A stretch of 63,950 bases of DNA, the filler included, from Phoronis australis (lineage: Eukaryota; Animalia; Phoronida): NCBI GenBank assembly GCA_002633005.1. It is 5 parts of 5 records of this genome, joined end to end, with 100 filler letters (N's around TTAATTAATTAA, not from the genome) between each part and the next. Parts side by side here need not be neighbours in the genome. Positions count along the whole stretch, not along the records: positions 1 to 30,615 come from NMRA01001287.1; 4 more parts are not named here. One strand, given 5' to 3'. Below the pieces are notes generated by a model. The model saw only the letters and a program-made list of their open reading frames with translations, was not told where the DNA came from and ran no database searches. The position numbers and the translations under genes were made by a program. Position 1 is the stretch's first letter, and each line of letters opens with the position of its first letter. Positions 1-14,327 of the stretch are shown piece after piece.

Positions 1-3000
1 CTCTGTATCGCCAAAGCTAGGTCACTTTCTGTTTTATCTAGTGTGGCAATGCGAGTATCTGAAATAAATGAATAGAAAATACAGAGACAAATCTATTACC
101 AAGTTTGAGATACGTAGACTTGACAATATTGTGAAGGAAGCTAGTATGATCACGACCTCCGCTTATTATACACAGCGATATCTCGCGAGGTTTTGAGCAA
201 ATTTTCGCTTCTACTAAACGCACCTAAGAATTAATGGTGACACAGTGTTTATTTGATTAGGTTCGACTTCACGTCAATGAAGTTTATGTAGGTATAGCTT
301 GTGGTTTCACCGAGGTCGTTGTGTTGGTTTCAGGTGCCAAAATACGATGAAGTTCAGGATTATCATACCATTTATCACAGTTCTGGTAATGATTTATACT
401 AGTAAAAGCTCATAAGCCAATAATTTCACGATTTAGGGGGTTTCATACAAATTTGGACATCCAGTAATATCGTAACAACATTGAAACCTCACGGTATGAC
501 ATATTTGATGAAGATGACAACAATCTGGTACATGTACTTGAGTGGGCCAGTCCAGACAATAGAGGATGGCTGTTAGGTGTCGGTTTATTATACATTCAAG
601 ACTGAATCCGAAACATTCCACCGAGGAATTTCTAGCGCATTGTGAAACCATGGACAGACATAGGTCACACCTTATTTTGCGCAGTACAGTGTTGTCATTT
701 TACTCTACAGATTATGTACAAGGTCATAAACTTACCTCTGTACCCCTCTCTCTTTTCTCCCTCCCACCTCCAGCCTCCCATCTTCCCCCATCTCTCTCTC
801 CCACCCTTTCATCCTCCCTCCTTCTACAGTTTAAATATAGGTTAATGAAAGTGTCATCTCTCTCTGTGTATCTGTCATTCACTCTTAATGTTCACTCCGT
901 CCTGCCTCCACCCCCTCCCCCTCTTCCTTCCNTCCCATTTTTCTAACCTAACTTGGTTGATACATTGCGAAGATAACGGAGTATACGGGTTTTACGATGA
1001 CGATGGTGCTGATGACGGTAACTTTGACAGTGGTGACAATATTGGTGATACCTGGTTTAGTCAAAGGTTGCAGGCCAACGCCATCCGAGCTGAAGACTTC
1101 TTTTGCTTCACACATCTCATATATTTATCTCTGAAAGAGGAGAAACACAGGTGTATGTACATACAATTGACACTTACATGTAGTCATGTAGTCATGTAGT
1201 CCCTTTTTCATCCAGGTCTGAAATACACTCAATTAGGAATATCTGGAAACAAAATTGGACAACTTGGCACCAGTCCTGTCCTAGGCTAGGGATCGCTTGA
1301 TGGCGTACTCACTGCCGCTGATCCATAATGCCTCTACAGAGGGGGAAACACAATCGCTGAAGGAGAAATCCCCACGCAAAGGCAGCATGCCGATGGCGTT
1401 TTTAGTTATATCTGTTGGGGCCAGACCCCAGCCCCTTTAAATGCAACTAATACTCATTTGGAGTTACAAGGAACGGTTCACAATATTCATACAAGGAATT
1501 AGGTGGGGATCCAAATGATAAACGTTGTGGCATTGTTGCATGGCAGGAATCTGAATGACTAAAAATCGCACATGCTACGCCAGGCGTCAACCTACACGCC
1601 TTATAATTACCGAACTTTGTAGGGCAAACAACATATGGGGCTGAAAATAGGTCTACCCATTGTTTGAACAACCTGATCCTAGAATAGCGTCCCAATAGTC
1701 AAGATAATTCTCGACTAGTATACAGGAAACCCGAATGAATCAAATAGACTAGATGCCCGATTTCAGGGAGCAAGAAAGGCGTTCTCTGGCTGTGCTAAAA
1801 ACGAATTAGGGACCGTGTCCAGCAATAAATTGTGGGCTGAAGAGGCGCCCAATGCCTTGTTCTTCCTCATCCTGTCTGCCTCTGTGTTACTGATGTGGAG
1901 AGTTTAAACATCGCTGGTCGAAAACAGTGCTATTCTGATATTAGCCTGCCTACCTGCAGTGATGGATGGCGTCTAGTCAGTATCGATCAAATTGAATCGA
2001 TACCTGAGTTTTATAAATGACCTGTTCATTCAGGATACAGTACACAGTACTTACAGGAGAATGATTGCCCCCTGAGTAGGCGTTGAGAGTACCTTTTATC
2101 ATGCACCTCAGTGAAAAAACGCAACAAAATGAAAACTGGTGTGCATTGTGCAGGTCTGACCTAGAAAATACACCTTTACAGCCCAGTGAATAGTGCGGAA
2201 TAACATATTGCACACATCTTTTTTACTTATGCGTCCACTACCCGTAATTGACGCGCCACAGGCTGTCTTTTAGGAACTCCTTCACATGCGTATTGGATGA
2301 GGTCTCTTATATCCATTCGCTATTTACATAGTGTTTATTTAGATCCTAAGGTTCAACGCGGGTTAGCACTGAGACTTGGACTGAAACAACATACCGTCAA
2401 GTGGAAGACGAATGAGTCCTGAGCAATTACATTTTTAACTTCTCAGTCTAAATAGACGATCTTTTCATTGTCATCGATGTTGGCCACGTCAGTTATATCG
2501 TGTGACAGTTCCCAGATGTGACATGTTCGCATAGACGGTGTACACTGGTACCACGACTACCTGTATAGTAACAACAAATAGCTCTCTTAGATCGCGATTT
2601 CAGTTTCAGTTTCGTTTTGCCTCCTTGTGCGCGCCGGGCTTAGGTCAAGTGCAAAAGGGGACGTAAACTAATTATTTTTGTCTAAGACGCGCACATGAAA
2701 ATCGTGTCACAAAATTTGTTGTTTTGACAGTTTAGGATAAAAACTAATTGGTTTTGGTCTCTGTTTTTTAAGTCGGTGGTGCGCGGTAGTTTCTTTAGTT
2801 GCTCACTTTTTAAAAAAATTAAATTCATCTTGCACGTGTTTTTATTTACATAAATCAAACCAATTTCATATGTGGGGTGGGGGCTTGCGCCAGTCAAGTG
2901 TCAATGCTTGAAAGTCCTCTTTTATCCTCATTGCTGACAGCAAACATGAAATGGCATCACTCGTCCAGCATGTTGCCACGCGGTGGTAAAATGTGTCGTA

Positions 3001-4189
3001 GAATTGCTAACTTCGACAACAAAAAGATTTCGTTATTCTGTTACCTAAGAACAGCGTTTGATGAAGACAATGCGTACTGTGGTTGGGTTACTATCAAAAA
3101 CTGATCAATACATGTAGGCGTGATATTTGCGTGTTCGAAAAACTAACGTATATATGCCATTGGTGTGCACGTGGTGTTTTTACTATATTTTGAATACACA
3201 TTGTCAAACTTTCTTTTTACCATTCACATAGACGTTTTGGAAAACTAACTTACAATAGAAAATATTTTTCATGTTTGTCTACGACGTAATTGCGTATATA
3301 CCTAGGCAGCTTCGCCCACAGCGACCTGCTACTGGCAGGGTAGACCCACCCCGGGCACCAATATCACACGGAATTCAAGGTGCTGGCAAATTTGTTATAC
3401 ATTGGCGAATTTAGGATGCCGATGGCAACAACGAATTTCCGAAGGTATAATTTTCTCGTGGCGTTTTATTTCAGGTGTGTCCGACATGCCATGACACGGC
3501 TAGCCACAAACGGAAACCGTCAGATTGATCTCTGTGTACATAACACTGTCTTGTGCAACNNNNNNNNNNNNNNNNNNNNNNNNNNNNNNNNNNNNNNNNN
3601 NNNNNNNNNNNNNNNNNNNNNNNNNNNNNNNNNNNNNNNNNNNNNNNNNNNNNNNNNNNNNNNNNNNNNNNNNNNNNNNNNNNNNNNNNNNNNNNNNNNN
3701 NNNNNNNNNNNNNNNNNNNNNNNNNNNNNNNNNNNNNNNNNNNNNNNNNNNNNNNNNNNNNNNNNNNNNNNNNNNNNNNNNNNNNNNNNNNNNNNNNNNN
3801 NNNNNNNNNNNCCCCCCCCCCCCCCCAGTCCCACTCCACATACGTGGCCACCCGGTCAACGCAAATTTTGAACCTCCGCTCCCTATGTCCACCTTCGGCC
3901 CTGATGATGGGGGGACACGTGCCCGCCCAACGCGTTCCTGCACACTTCACTGTTTCGGTAGAAAGCTTTTTTTAAATGCCATTTCAAATTGAAATCAATG
4001 CTGGCTTTTCATCAGTTCTTTACCATTGGTTTAAATATCGTGGAATAAATTCCTTGTGTCCTTATAGCATACGAAGCAAAAGGCGAGTGGAACGCGCGCC
4101 GGCATGCTTTTTAAGGCCGAATTAGGCAAAAATTTCCCCATGAGGGATGTTAGTTGTCGCTTCCAAGGGTCATCTCAGATCCGCCAGTA

Positions 4190-4633
4190 CCGAGATTATC
4201 CGTACATAACCCCATGGGCGAGTATTCGGAAAATGAAAATTTTCGGCCGTTTTAGTAACACCAAATAAACGCCCGGCCATTTACATGTATTCGGAAAAGG
4301 GGAGCGTGTAAACGGAAAGCCATAGTTTTGCCTACGCAAATACCAGCTTGGACTGAATACACGAAGGCCTAGATTAAGAGGTTTCCTGACTTTGGCATTT
4401 AAAAAAAACTGTTTTCAAATTTTATGTTAGGAAATGCATAGTTCGCCAACATTTTGTTCGTTTTTATAAATGACAAATGCCCCACAAAACTGAATTTGTG
4501 ACTAAAAAGTTGAGACCGAGTGGGCTTTTAAGAGGAAATTTTCTGAATAAACGCCCCACTATGGACACTTGACACCAGAAGTTGTAACACCAAATATACA
4601 CCCATGGGGGTTTATTCGGCATAATTTTCAGAG
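4190..4633. mobile_element. MITE with imperfect TIRs
   Basis: ATTATCCG...AACCCCATGGG at the left, CCCATGGGGGTTTATTCGGCATAAT at the right. Confidence 0.55.
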
Positions 4634-4696
4634 TGAACGCTCATGGTGTTTCATCGGGTTGGCTTATCTACGGAAAATTCCGGTACGGAGACATCC

Positions 4697-5095
4697 GGGC
4701 CCGGTCTCCGATCTTTTTACTCGAAATGGAACTCGAAATTAGGTTTGGCATTTTCTACTCTACTTTTGGGCAAACTCAAGATAAGTGTTTATTATTGTAT
4801 GCTCGAGTACACAATAACTTACGTAGATAATTTATTGCCCTTAGTTCACAGTTTGTAAACCCAATATTAAAGCAATAAGTTCGAGTTTGAACTCGAAATT
4901 TCGAGTACTCGAGTTTGTAGCACGAATATAAGGTTCTTCAAGGGCAAACTTGAACTAGAAACTCCTATGCATAAACTATAATGTATTCGAGCACAGTCTG
5001 ATAACCAATTATCTTATGTTCGCACAAAAGGAGCAGAGAAATTGACAAAAATAGTTTCGAGTTCGTTTCGAGTAGAAAGATTAGAGACCGGGCCC
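4697..5095. mobile_element. Palindromic (foldback) MITE
   Basis: GGGCCCGGTCTC / GAGACCGGGCCC ends, with long imperfect inverted arms. Confidence 0.7.
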
Positions 5096-5283
5096 CGGTA
5101 GAAACGCACAAAAATGTAGCTATCAGCTTGTTTTGTATTGCCATCTCGAACAAAGAATAAGCAACACAGTTTAATTCATAAGAAAGCTGTTCCGAAAGAC
5201 AACGGACTTGTAACTGTGGCCAATTTATTAATAAGTTTCCAAATCAATTCTAAATTTTGGCGGCCACAGCTGCGTTTGACACA

Positions 5284-5550
5284 TTGAATACATTGTCTGG
5301 ACACATTTGTGCAATTATAGTAGAGAGAATTGAGATTTACACATATATATTGAATACATTGTCTGGACACATTTGTGCAATTAAAGTAGAGAGAATTGAG
5401 ATTTACACATATATATTGAATACATTGTCTGGACACATTTGTGCAATTATAGTAGAGAGAATTAAGATTTACCCATATATATTGAATACATTGTCTGGAC
5501 ACATTTGTGCAATTATAGTAGAGAGAATTAAGATTTACACATATATATTG
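5284..5550 (+). repeat. 66-bp minisatellite x4
   Basis: Unit TTGAATACATTGTCTGGACACATTTGTGCAATT...ACATATATA, period 66. Confidence 0.95.
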
Positions 5551-6954
5551 AAAGACTCCTTCAGTTTTTGAGAAGACTGAGCAAAAAGTCCTTGTAATAT
5601 TAATGCGCTGTATAGCACTCGTTGAAACATGATTCGACTTAGCTAATTAAAATCTCCATGAGCGAACGATGGACATGCCCCAGGTACTCAAACAAATATA
5701 CTCTTCGCGAAAACGACACAAAAAACCCAGTTCTTCAGGTCATGTCCAAATTTGGCTAATTTGGAACACCATATCTCATAAACCGCTGGGTATTAATACG
5801 AAACTTTATGCATTGCTTTCCAAAACGGTGTTAGGATTTGTTTTTAAAATGTTCCGCTTTTTATGAGGCGCTATCAAGAACTAGGATTTCTATTAAGATT
5901 TTCATGAAGGAATTTTAAGTCGCCTAAAAAGAAAAAAGAATGATATTTAGAAAACTGTAACAGCGTCTTTGAAATCTCACCTTGAACATTTGAACCAAAT
6001 AAAATTTAATCTTGTTATTGACACTGTTGTTTTGCTATCAATGTACCTTTCACTTTTGCTAAATTTTAGTAAAAGAAATGGTCACGTGACCCAATTATAT
6101 AACACAGATTGGCAAAAATTCATTAGTCAAATTCTATTGACACTGAGCTTTCAGAAAATGTATACGTTTACTGAGTTCAAATCTATAGTTCTGTACTTTT
6201 ATTTGGCTAAGTACGCAGATTTGTCAAGAAGGTCCTACATATAGTAATAATAATACAGACCTAATGTGTTAAGCCCCACTTAAGCCGATTTAGGCCATTG
6301 CTGACGTCAAGATATGTGTTACGCGACGCTGTTGACACTAAAAGGAGCATGTTTTGCCCCCGAGAGATAGCTCAAATTTGCAACTTTTCCCTTAAAACTG
6401 GTTATAGAGACAAAGTCTATTTAGGGAACAAAGATAAATAAGATTTGCTATCTGTAGCGTGTAATCAAAGAAGCAAAAAACTAACAAACACGCAAACTTT
6501 ATGATAAAGCAACACACCTAGAGAAATATCATTTCATCAAGTAACAAAATCTAATTTTCTACGCAATCCAATAAGCTATGAAGTTAACAAGTTTATAAAA
6601 CTGGTAAAAAATACCCAGAAAAGCTGTGTATCTTTCGTTTACGATTCTTTATCATGGTGCTTTTGAGACAAATTCCATTCTGATTATAATTTCATTTATG
6701 AAAATTATTGTATAGTTATTCTGAATGTTACATGACCAATGTAGAAAAGCAAGGGTCTACGTTCCTAACCTCCTTTTTGGTTACAACAATAAAAGCAGCC
6801 GCACACGGAACAAGTTTTACAGACATCTAGAACATATCAACTACAGTGACAGTAAAGAAACCTCGACCGCTTTCCAAGACTCCCAAATTAGCCAAAAGGG
6901 AGTAGCATACTTCAATACAAGTGAAATAGCTCACTTGCGAGTTTCTCGTTAGTC

Positions 6955-8058
6955 ACTGTGACGTCACCGGAAAGGGGGCAAAACCCGCCATATTGCTCTT
7001 GTTTTGCCCCGAGTCTTTGCTACACACGCTAAAACTTACTGGAGTTCTTATGGTGAATTTTACGCTTAAAACGTTAAAACAACTTAAGATATGGTAGATG
7101 GGTCGTGGAATAACTGTGAATAGACGAAGAAAATGTGACCTTGTTATGTTGTGCGAAGCTGTGAACGGACTGAAATTGGAACTTAACCCGCTCTAGGCCT
7201 GAATGGCGCAGGCATACAGGGGCGATAGTGTATCCCCATAAAAAGATATTCACTTCAAAATACAGCAAATAAAATCAAATGAAACATGCATATGTGCACA
7301 TGAAGTTATAATTAACACATACCCTGACTCTGGACACAATTTAGTCTACAAATAACTTGAGCATATTCATGAAAACCTCGCGGTTCTCTCGAGTTTCTCT
7401 CACTAAAGAGCCGCCATTTTGAGGAAGTTACGTGAAATCACGCCTGTTGACGAACAAAAAGTCCAAGGGACACAAATCTTACAAATTTCACTTGATATTT
7501 TCTCATGCTATTTTGCAAGTGTCACGCGCCAGGTCACGCGCCAGATCTCGCGCTTCGCTCAGTCTCGCGCTAGCCTTTGCCTCATACTCACCTGACTCAG
7601 TTGAAATACATGTACTTGATTGTGGTTATCGCGCGCGCGGACAAAGTTAACAGTAACCACAAAGTGGAGTTGGAATTCTTCGCCAAAGTCACCTGAATTC
7701 CCGTATATATGCTTCATCGAAGATATGTTTAGAAGCATAAAGAGTCACTGAAGAAAGTAAGAGCCTTTTAGGTGGTAATTTTAGGTGTAGAATGTATTTT
7801 TGACGAGATGAAAACTTTATCAGTGAGCGGAATTCGCCTACCGCCCGTTTAAAATACACGGGACGAAATTAGTACAGAACGCGATAGAACGTATTGTAGT
7901 GCGAATCTGAAGTTCATTTGCCATAACAGCAATGCTTTTGGACATTTTTCGAACTAAACGGCTAAAAACTCGAAGACAATAACAGAATACACTCTGCTAC
8001 CGTATTGGGCAAATGACCAAACGACAAGCTTTTGCCCCACTTCCCGTGACGTCACAGT
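6955..8058. mobile_element. TIR element containing a nested ~680-bp dispersed repeat (7213-7898)
   Basis: ACTGTGACGTCAC.GGAA..GGGGCAAAA is inverted at 8030-8058. The internal segment recurs at 53079-53757. Confidence 0.55.
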
Positions 8059-8303
8059 TAAGTCTCACATAATCTCGCGTTATTGTTATAAACTCGCAAA
8101 AGTTCTATTTCACGTAATGTGAATTTTCAAACCCAGGCTCAAATAACATCTGGCTAGTTCTCTGCCTAAACGACTAAGGGCGTGACAGTTCTAATTTGCG
8201 TAGAAACTGAGGAGGGGTATGAAATGAAATCTGGCGGACCCGGACTCTGAGGTGAAAAGGGGGCTAATGATTGTCATGTACATTCACAGAATCATGAACC
8301 ACG

Positions 8304-8530
8304 TCACACAGATTCAAATGCTTTTTTCATGAAATATTCAATACCAGTAGCTAAGACGTCTCTACTCCAAACAAATGTTTTCATTGCGAAGTATGGGGTG
8401 TACATCTCTCGCTGCTTGTTTAAACCTCCTTTAATGATGTCCAGCGCTGTCTCTGTGGCATTGGCAAAATCCATTTTACCTTCTTGGTAGGCTCTCAAGT
8501 TCGACGATTGTCCTCGCGACAACTCTGTAT
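8304..8530 (-). CDS. HSD11B1L: HSD11B1-like SDR, terminal exon 6 (DTELSRG...TALDIIKGGLNKQREMYTP...FESV*)
   Basis: Acceptor gttgcAG (phase 1). ALDIIKGG...REMY resembles HSD11B1 ALEIIKGG...EEVYY. The six exons total 894 nt = 297 aa + stop. Confidence 0.9.
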
Positions 8531-9853
8531 CTGCAACATTGGGAGAAAGTTTCAGTATCGATTTGGCTCGGTAGCCACCTTCCTTTTGCTCAATCGAGCC
8601 ACACGGGCGTTCTGACCTAGATCTTTTACGAGTGGGCAAAGTTAACTGGGTGACGAGGTTGGTGTGACCTATCTGGGGGTGGAAGACAAACGAACATTGC
8701 CACTCAAGACTGACATACATGTAAGATATCAATGATTGCTTATTGTCGTCTGCAATATTGTTAGGTACTGCATTTACTCATGCCATGGGCGTCGCAGCAC
8801 TGAAAAAAGTGTGGGGGGGGGGGCATAGCAACTCCACAAATGACAAAATGTCGCAACCAAAAAGTGTGACAGTTTGCGCTTCGAAGGTCTGAACAAACAG
8901 TTGGAGTTCGAAGATTGTTACAGTTTATGGTGTAACAACACACTCCACAGTTATGTACCTCTGCAATTTGTCAAATGGTTTGCACAGACTAGTTTTAAGA
9001 AATTCCCTAATCAGAATGACAGTTTTGATTCACGTGCTTCTTGTGAGGGAGTGGAATAGTAGTAATCCCTTAGGAAAGAAATGCATTTCTGGAAAACAAT
9101 CTTGTTAGTAACAACGTCGTTGCGGTACGAGTGGCTACCCTGAACTTACTTAATACTACCGTATAATAAACACATGAGAAAAGTGGGAATAAATATAGAT
9201 TATTACATAACGCCCCTCGGGCGATAATTCTCCAATATCCACTCGGGCTCTAGATAACGGGGGATAACGACTGAGAACAAACATGTAATAATCTATTTAT
9301 ACCACATACTGAATGAGAAACATTGCAATGAATCGATCTACCTTTCTCGACTCGCCTCGGCTTTGTAACTACATGTACTTTCTATGTCAGAGGCCCGGGG
9401 TAGGAGGTCGTGACCTTTTAAGAAAAGCCGAGCTATTTTTGTCAAATAATAATTCTTTTACTCAAAACCAATTGAAAAACAAAACAACTTAGAAATAAAG
9501 TGAATCTATAAATTGAGGTTTAGCAACTATTATAGCTTACAACACATTTTATCACGCTAAGCTTCGTCCGGGAAAATATCGTCTGCTTAAGTAGGTTACC
9601 ACTAGTAACTGACTATAATGCTCAAGTCAAAGGATCCCGACGACACGATACCCGCATTCAAATTGGAGATCGGTGATTTACAAGTGAGAGAACACGAGAG
9701 AAAAATTTAACTGAATTAAAATATCGTTTTTATGAAAATCATGCGTCTTATTTTTCGTAGCGTATAAATGTCGGTGCAATGCCCTTTGCTGAGCATGCGA
9801 TTGTTGCGCATACTCATTTAAGTATTCTATTTTCACGTTCGATGACGTCAGCC

Positions 9854-9922
9854 ACTGAGTGGTGTAGTGGTAAAGTGGGCGACTCGAAACTCTTGAGGCC
9901 TGGGTTCGAATCCGGCCTCGGT
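9854..9922 (+). pseudogene. tRNA-derived (SINE head-like) sequence in HSD11B1L intron 5
   Basis: A box TGGTGTAGTGG and B box GGTTCGAATCC. Acceptor-like pairing ACTGAG/CTCGGT, but the other arms are broken. Confidence 0.55.
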
Positions 9923-10087
9923 TTCCCGCCAAAATGTTATCTCACTAGTGAGATAACATTATGGGTTATTACACGGTTGTATCTGCCATTCGAGCCTAAT
10001 ATTGTGGTATAAGAAAACAGATCTGTAACAATAATTGTGTCTAAAGATAGGCTGAAATTACATTTATTACGCCTTAAAATATCTCAC

Positions 10088-10225
10088 CTATTAAGCCCAG
10101 CACACAATACGTTATGGATACAGGGATGTTCTTCATCGAAAGCTCCAACCGCCATGAAGTGAAAAAGCCATCCAAGGCAAATTTTTGAGCCGAGTACGCT
10201 GCAAGCGATGGACAGCCAACTTTGC
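10088..10225 (-). CDS. HSD11B1L: HSD11B1-like SDR, exon 5 with catalytic YSAQK (YxxxK)
   Basis: Reads GKVGCPSLAAYSAQKFALDGFFTSWRLEL...VSITYCVLGLI. Acceptor tttctAG, donor G|GTGAGA, 138 nt. Confidence 0.93.
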
Positions 10226-10869
10226 CTAGAAATAAGACAACAGGTGAGCTGCAGTCGATTCTTCGCACCTGGTCAACCAGCTAAGTCATGTGATTGGTTC
10301 GTGATGACGACTTCCGGCTTCCAAACCAATCACATGGGATAGCTGACAGATTCGGCGTACTTAATCAAGTGCCGCCATTGTATGCATATGATACCAGAGC
10401 ACTGATCGAGGCATATTTCTACCTCAGGGTATCCATTCTGCATTTAACCGCGAAGTATTAATGATTTTTGTCTCACATAATTAGCATTAAAACCAACCCA
10501 ATTGATTCAACAAGCATGGGTTGAAAAATGATAATTGAACAGACGACTTAAAATACAGATTTTATTGGTTCACCCGCAGGATGACGTCAACTGTCAAACT
10601 TTTGTAGAGACCGTCGTGCTGTTTGAAGTTTTGTCCTGTGTTCCAACAGAGTATCGGCAAGTCCCACATCTTCACATACGCGAAGAAATTTCGTATATTT
10701 CGTGCTTTTCCATACTATTCAACCCTATTTAACGATTTCGTTTCTCATGCACGACTAATAAAGACGTCATCGGGGTGTTTCTGGGCGTCGCTGCGAACAT
10801 TTGCCTCTCACGGGTGTGGCTGAACTATGTACATATTGTATGCCAGACTAGTGCATGGTCCCTGTCTCC

Positions 10870-10979
<110 letters not shown>

Positions 10980-10995
10980 TACATCGAAAACTTAC

Positions 10996-11209
10996 CCATA
11001 AGTGAGCTAACCACAACGATGCTGCCATTTGTTTTCACAAGTTCGGGCAGCGCATGCGTAGCTAAGTGCACATAAGATAAGAAATTGAGGACAAAGCCTG
11101 CTTGTAACCTATCGAGATCTTCTTGACCACCACTCCACATCCATCTGCGAAAATAGCCGAGATGGTTTAAAACTAGGTAATCCAATCCTCCTAGCTTGGA
11201 TACAGCGAC
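10996..11209 (-). CDS. HSD11B1L: HSD11B1-like SDR, exon 4 (LGGLDYLVLNH...NFLSYVHLATHALPEL...GSIVVVSSLM)
   Basis: Part of ORF 10808..11215. Acceptor tttgcAG, donor G|GTAAGT, 214 nt. GGLDxLxLNH and NFLSY are hallmarks of 11beta-HSD1. Confidence 0.93.
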
Positions 11210-14200
11210 CTGCAAAATCCGAGTGACGTGTGGTTATTGAATATCCTAGAAAAATGCACAAATATGGTCAACTTCTAAACATGGCATCTCAGAAATATCT
11301 AATTGAATCCAAATGAAACTTTCAGATATGATATCATTATTCTCAAAAATGAGGTATTGTTTTGAAAATACTTCGCTTTTGAATAAGGTGTTATGAAAAT
11401 TTGGACTTACAGCTGTATATGGGTTTTCATACCCTTTTTACTATGAACATATGCATACATTTCTTACTCCACTTCAAGTTTAGTGATCACGTGACGCCAC
11501 CATTGGAAGAATCTCATCACAGTCCAAAATCAAATACTTCACGCTTTCTACTTTCCAAACATACCGGTATACACTTTTATTGGCTAAAATCCTATGGTAA
11601 TGCAAAAATTTACGTAATCAAGAGGCAACTTGCTTGAAAAGTTACTCACAATCTTTAAAAGATTTCCAGAGAACCATATTTGTACGGGGTTCGGGTTGCA
11701 AGACTAACTAGCGGCGCAGAGGCGATAATTACAATTAAGTGTCGTCTTTGCCTGAATTCAAGTAACCATCATACGAAAAGAATCCTATTTTGACACCCTC
11801 GTCGGTCGAGATTGTGCAACTTGACCGGTTTGCGTACCTCGAAATCTGCCGACATTCATCAAAGACACCATGCTGCTGCAGTTAATTACGTGGCCTTTGG
11901 CTGGTCACGTTATAGTTCTCTAGATAAGCATACACACCAGAAACACACTGGGGGCAACAACAGTATTCTTAGATTTTCGTTTTGAAAGTTTTTAAGTAGC
12001 ATCACTGGATTTTGAGGCAAACCAAGTGTCATTGTACAATTCTTTGCATGTACCTACGTATAGTTGTTTAATCTTAATTGTAAAGACAGCTAACTTTGGA
12101 AGGAGCTTGCATTCTCCCGGTAGGGCCTGGCAATGTTGGTCCTCTGCGTCCTAACTAACAGCAAATCTCAAGCATTTTTCAAACCTTTTACTTCCATTTT
12201 TGCCTTACAGAAATTGCAGTTTTATCGGTAGCCATGGACACGGCACGAGCTGGCTCCAGGGACGCGAGTGTGTTAATTATGGGTCATGTGGCGAAGCTTC
12301 CAAAGTCAATGCAACAAGTTTCCGGCCGAAATGGCCATACCAGTCTACAGTGCGCCTTGGAACAAATTTAAATCTTCTGGCTCTTGCACGAAGGCTCACG
12401 ATCAATGGTAGCATAATTGGCAGGTGATCTAGCGAGACTCATCCGAGCGCGGGTAACATCTGTTGTCCGTGGAAACAAATCTTGCTCTTTCTAGTTGATA
12501 CCCGGTCTATGTCTTCAGGACTAACCCGTCGCAGTAGCATAGCTTTCTTAAATCTTATGGTGTCAGTATCACATTGGGCAATGCTCGGCCGATCCCATTG
12601 ATTGAGCTCGGGACATCTCTTGACAGAGTAGCGTTCATGAAACCCTCCTTTGGCCCTCCATAACGAAAAACCTAAGCAGATGACCGGGTTTCTTCCTAGC
12701 ATCATCTGCCGGATAAGGGCGGAACGTTACAATGCCGTTGAAATACGCAGATCATTGGGCGACTGCTGCCTGATATCAAACAACGTCGTTCGATGATCAC
12801 CCAGCAGCCTGCAATTGCGAAATCGGCCTGAAACTTGTAGAATTGTCCACCGACGCCCTCTTGGCGCGACCCGATAATTGCCTGATGATGGTCTAACAGT
12901 CGTCCGAATGGCCCATGTGACAATTTTTCTCCCGGAAAATCGCCAGTTCGGCGCCGGAAGCCATCGCTTTCTGTCACTGCCATATTTCATCCCGCTTCGT
13001 ATCTGCCATCACTTCGATGGACACCGGGATAGACCGTACGACTTTGATACAACAAGACCTGTCCTTGTCGCAAAAGAGCGCAAAGAACCCGATACTGCAC
13101 ATTCATAAGTTGTGATACCCAGCAGCAACCTTTGTGCCCGTTATAAACGATTAGCTAGCATAATCTGCCTAATAATAAATGTTTCTAAATGACATTATGA
13201 TTGTCCTGTTTATCCAACTTAATTCGATCAAATTGTAACAAAGCTGTATGTGACCCTAGAGAACCACAGCGAAATTCATTGTCATTTATGGCGACTGGTT
13301 TCTTACTGTATCCGTTCTGCTATGTCCTGATCGTCTGGGGTAGTAGAGTTTGTTCTATTTCCAAAACTAGCCAACTCGAGAAATATTGTCCGGGGAAATG
13401 CCTACGGTGGATTCGAACTGCCCAAGACTACACGACCAGTGTTTAACGTGAACATTGTCTCTCAGTCTGGAAACCACCAGCTGTATGCTTGGCTGGAGCT
13501 TTACCAATAATGTGATTTTTTAAATAATTTTCGATAAGCTATGTCCAGTTGCATATACAGTAGAATAGCCTGGGAACTTATGCAATGCCTAGAGAATATT
13601 CTCCGGCCGGTGACCTAGCTGGAAGCATTGCGAGCATCTTTGCCCCATTCCTTATTTTGGAAATTCACCTTTTAACTGTCCGTTGCAACCGATATGCGAG
13701 CACAAATTTGCCCTTATTCCCGGCCTGAGAAATCAACATATCTGAGAAGTACTTTTTATGATTAAGTCCGAAAAACGTAATTTTGGGATTGAAGTTGAAT
13801 GGGATAGGCCTTTTGACAACAGCAATAACATGAGTTGTCATTGTTGTGATTTTTGTTACGCTAGTTCACGCCGTGTCTTCACTATTTAAAAACCTTTAAA
13901 ATACACTGCTTTTTAACACTTGAGATTAGACTCAGCGGTAGAACGTTTGGATAGTGGTGAGTTTAGTGGTTTCTACTTCGAGCTACTGCTAACGTCGGTA
14001 AAAATAATATATGGCTGATACCCAACGAAGGCTCATTCGGATATCCGTGCTTAGCTTATAGGCTTCCATCACATATGTGAGGGTGAGATTTCATCCGGGA
14101 GTGGGCCTGAACAGTTTTTTGTGTTAAGTGGTAACGCACAGCTTCAAATATATTGCGGGAGAACCAAATATACTTCATGGCCACGTGTCCGCCCATCATG

Positions 14201-14228
14201 CTTTGAAATTGGCTTCAGAGTTCCATAC

Positions 14229-14327
14229 CTTTATAACCGCTTCTGTAGTATTCAAAATTTCATGATCTGCGACAATGTAGTCTATGTTTCTGGTACCCGG
14301 AGCCAACTCTTTACAACGGGCGACAAC
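14229..14327 (-). CDS. HSD11B1L: HSD11B1-like SDR, exon 3 (VVARCKELAPGTRNIDYIVADHEILNTTEAVIK)
   Basis: Acceptor tctctttataAG, donor AAG|GTATGG, 99 nt, phase 0-0. Resembles HSD11B1 VVSHCLELG...HYIA. Absent from the ORF track. Confidence 0.88.

Noticed and set aside
347-700. Signal-peptide-like MKFRIIIPFITVLVMIY after a splice acceptor
   Set aside because: The frame is closed by stops after 22 codons and no domain is recognisable.
3380-3992. Long ORFs spanning 3560-3811 (and 26780-27771)
   Set aside because: Artefacts of translating through N gaps.
9854-9922. Functional tRNA gene
   Set aside because: The D, anticodon and T stems do not pair properly. Treated as a tRNA-derived repeat.
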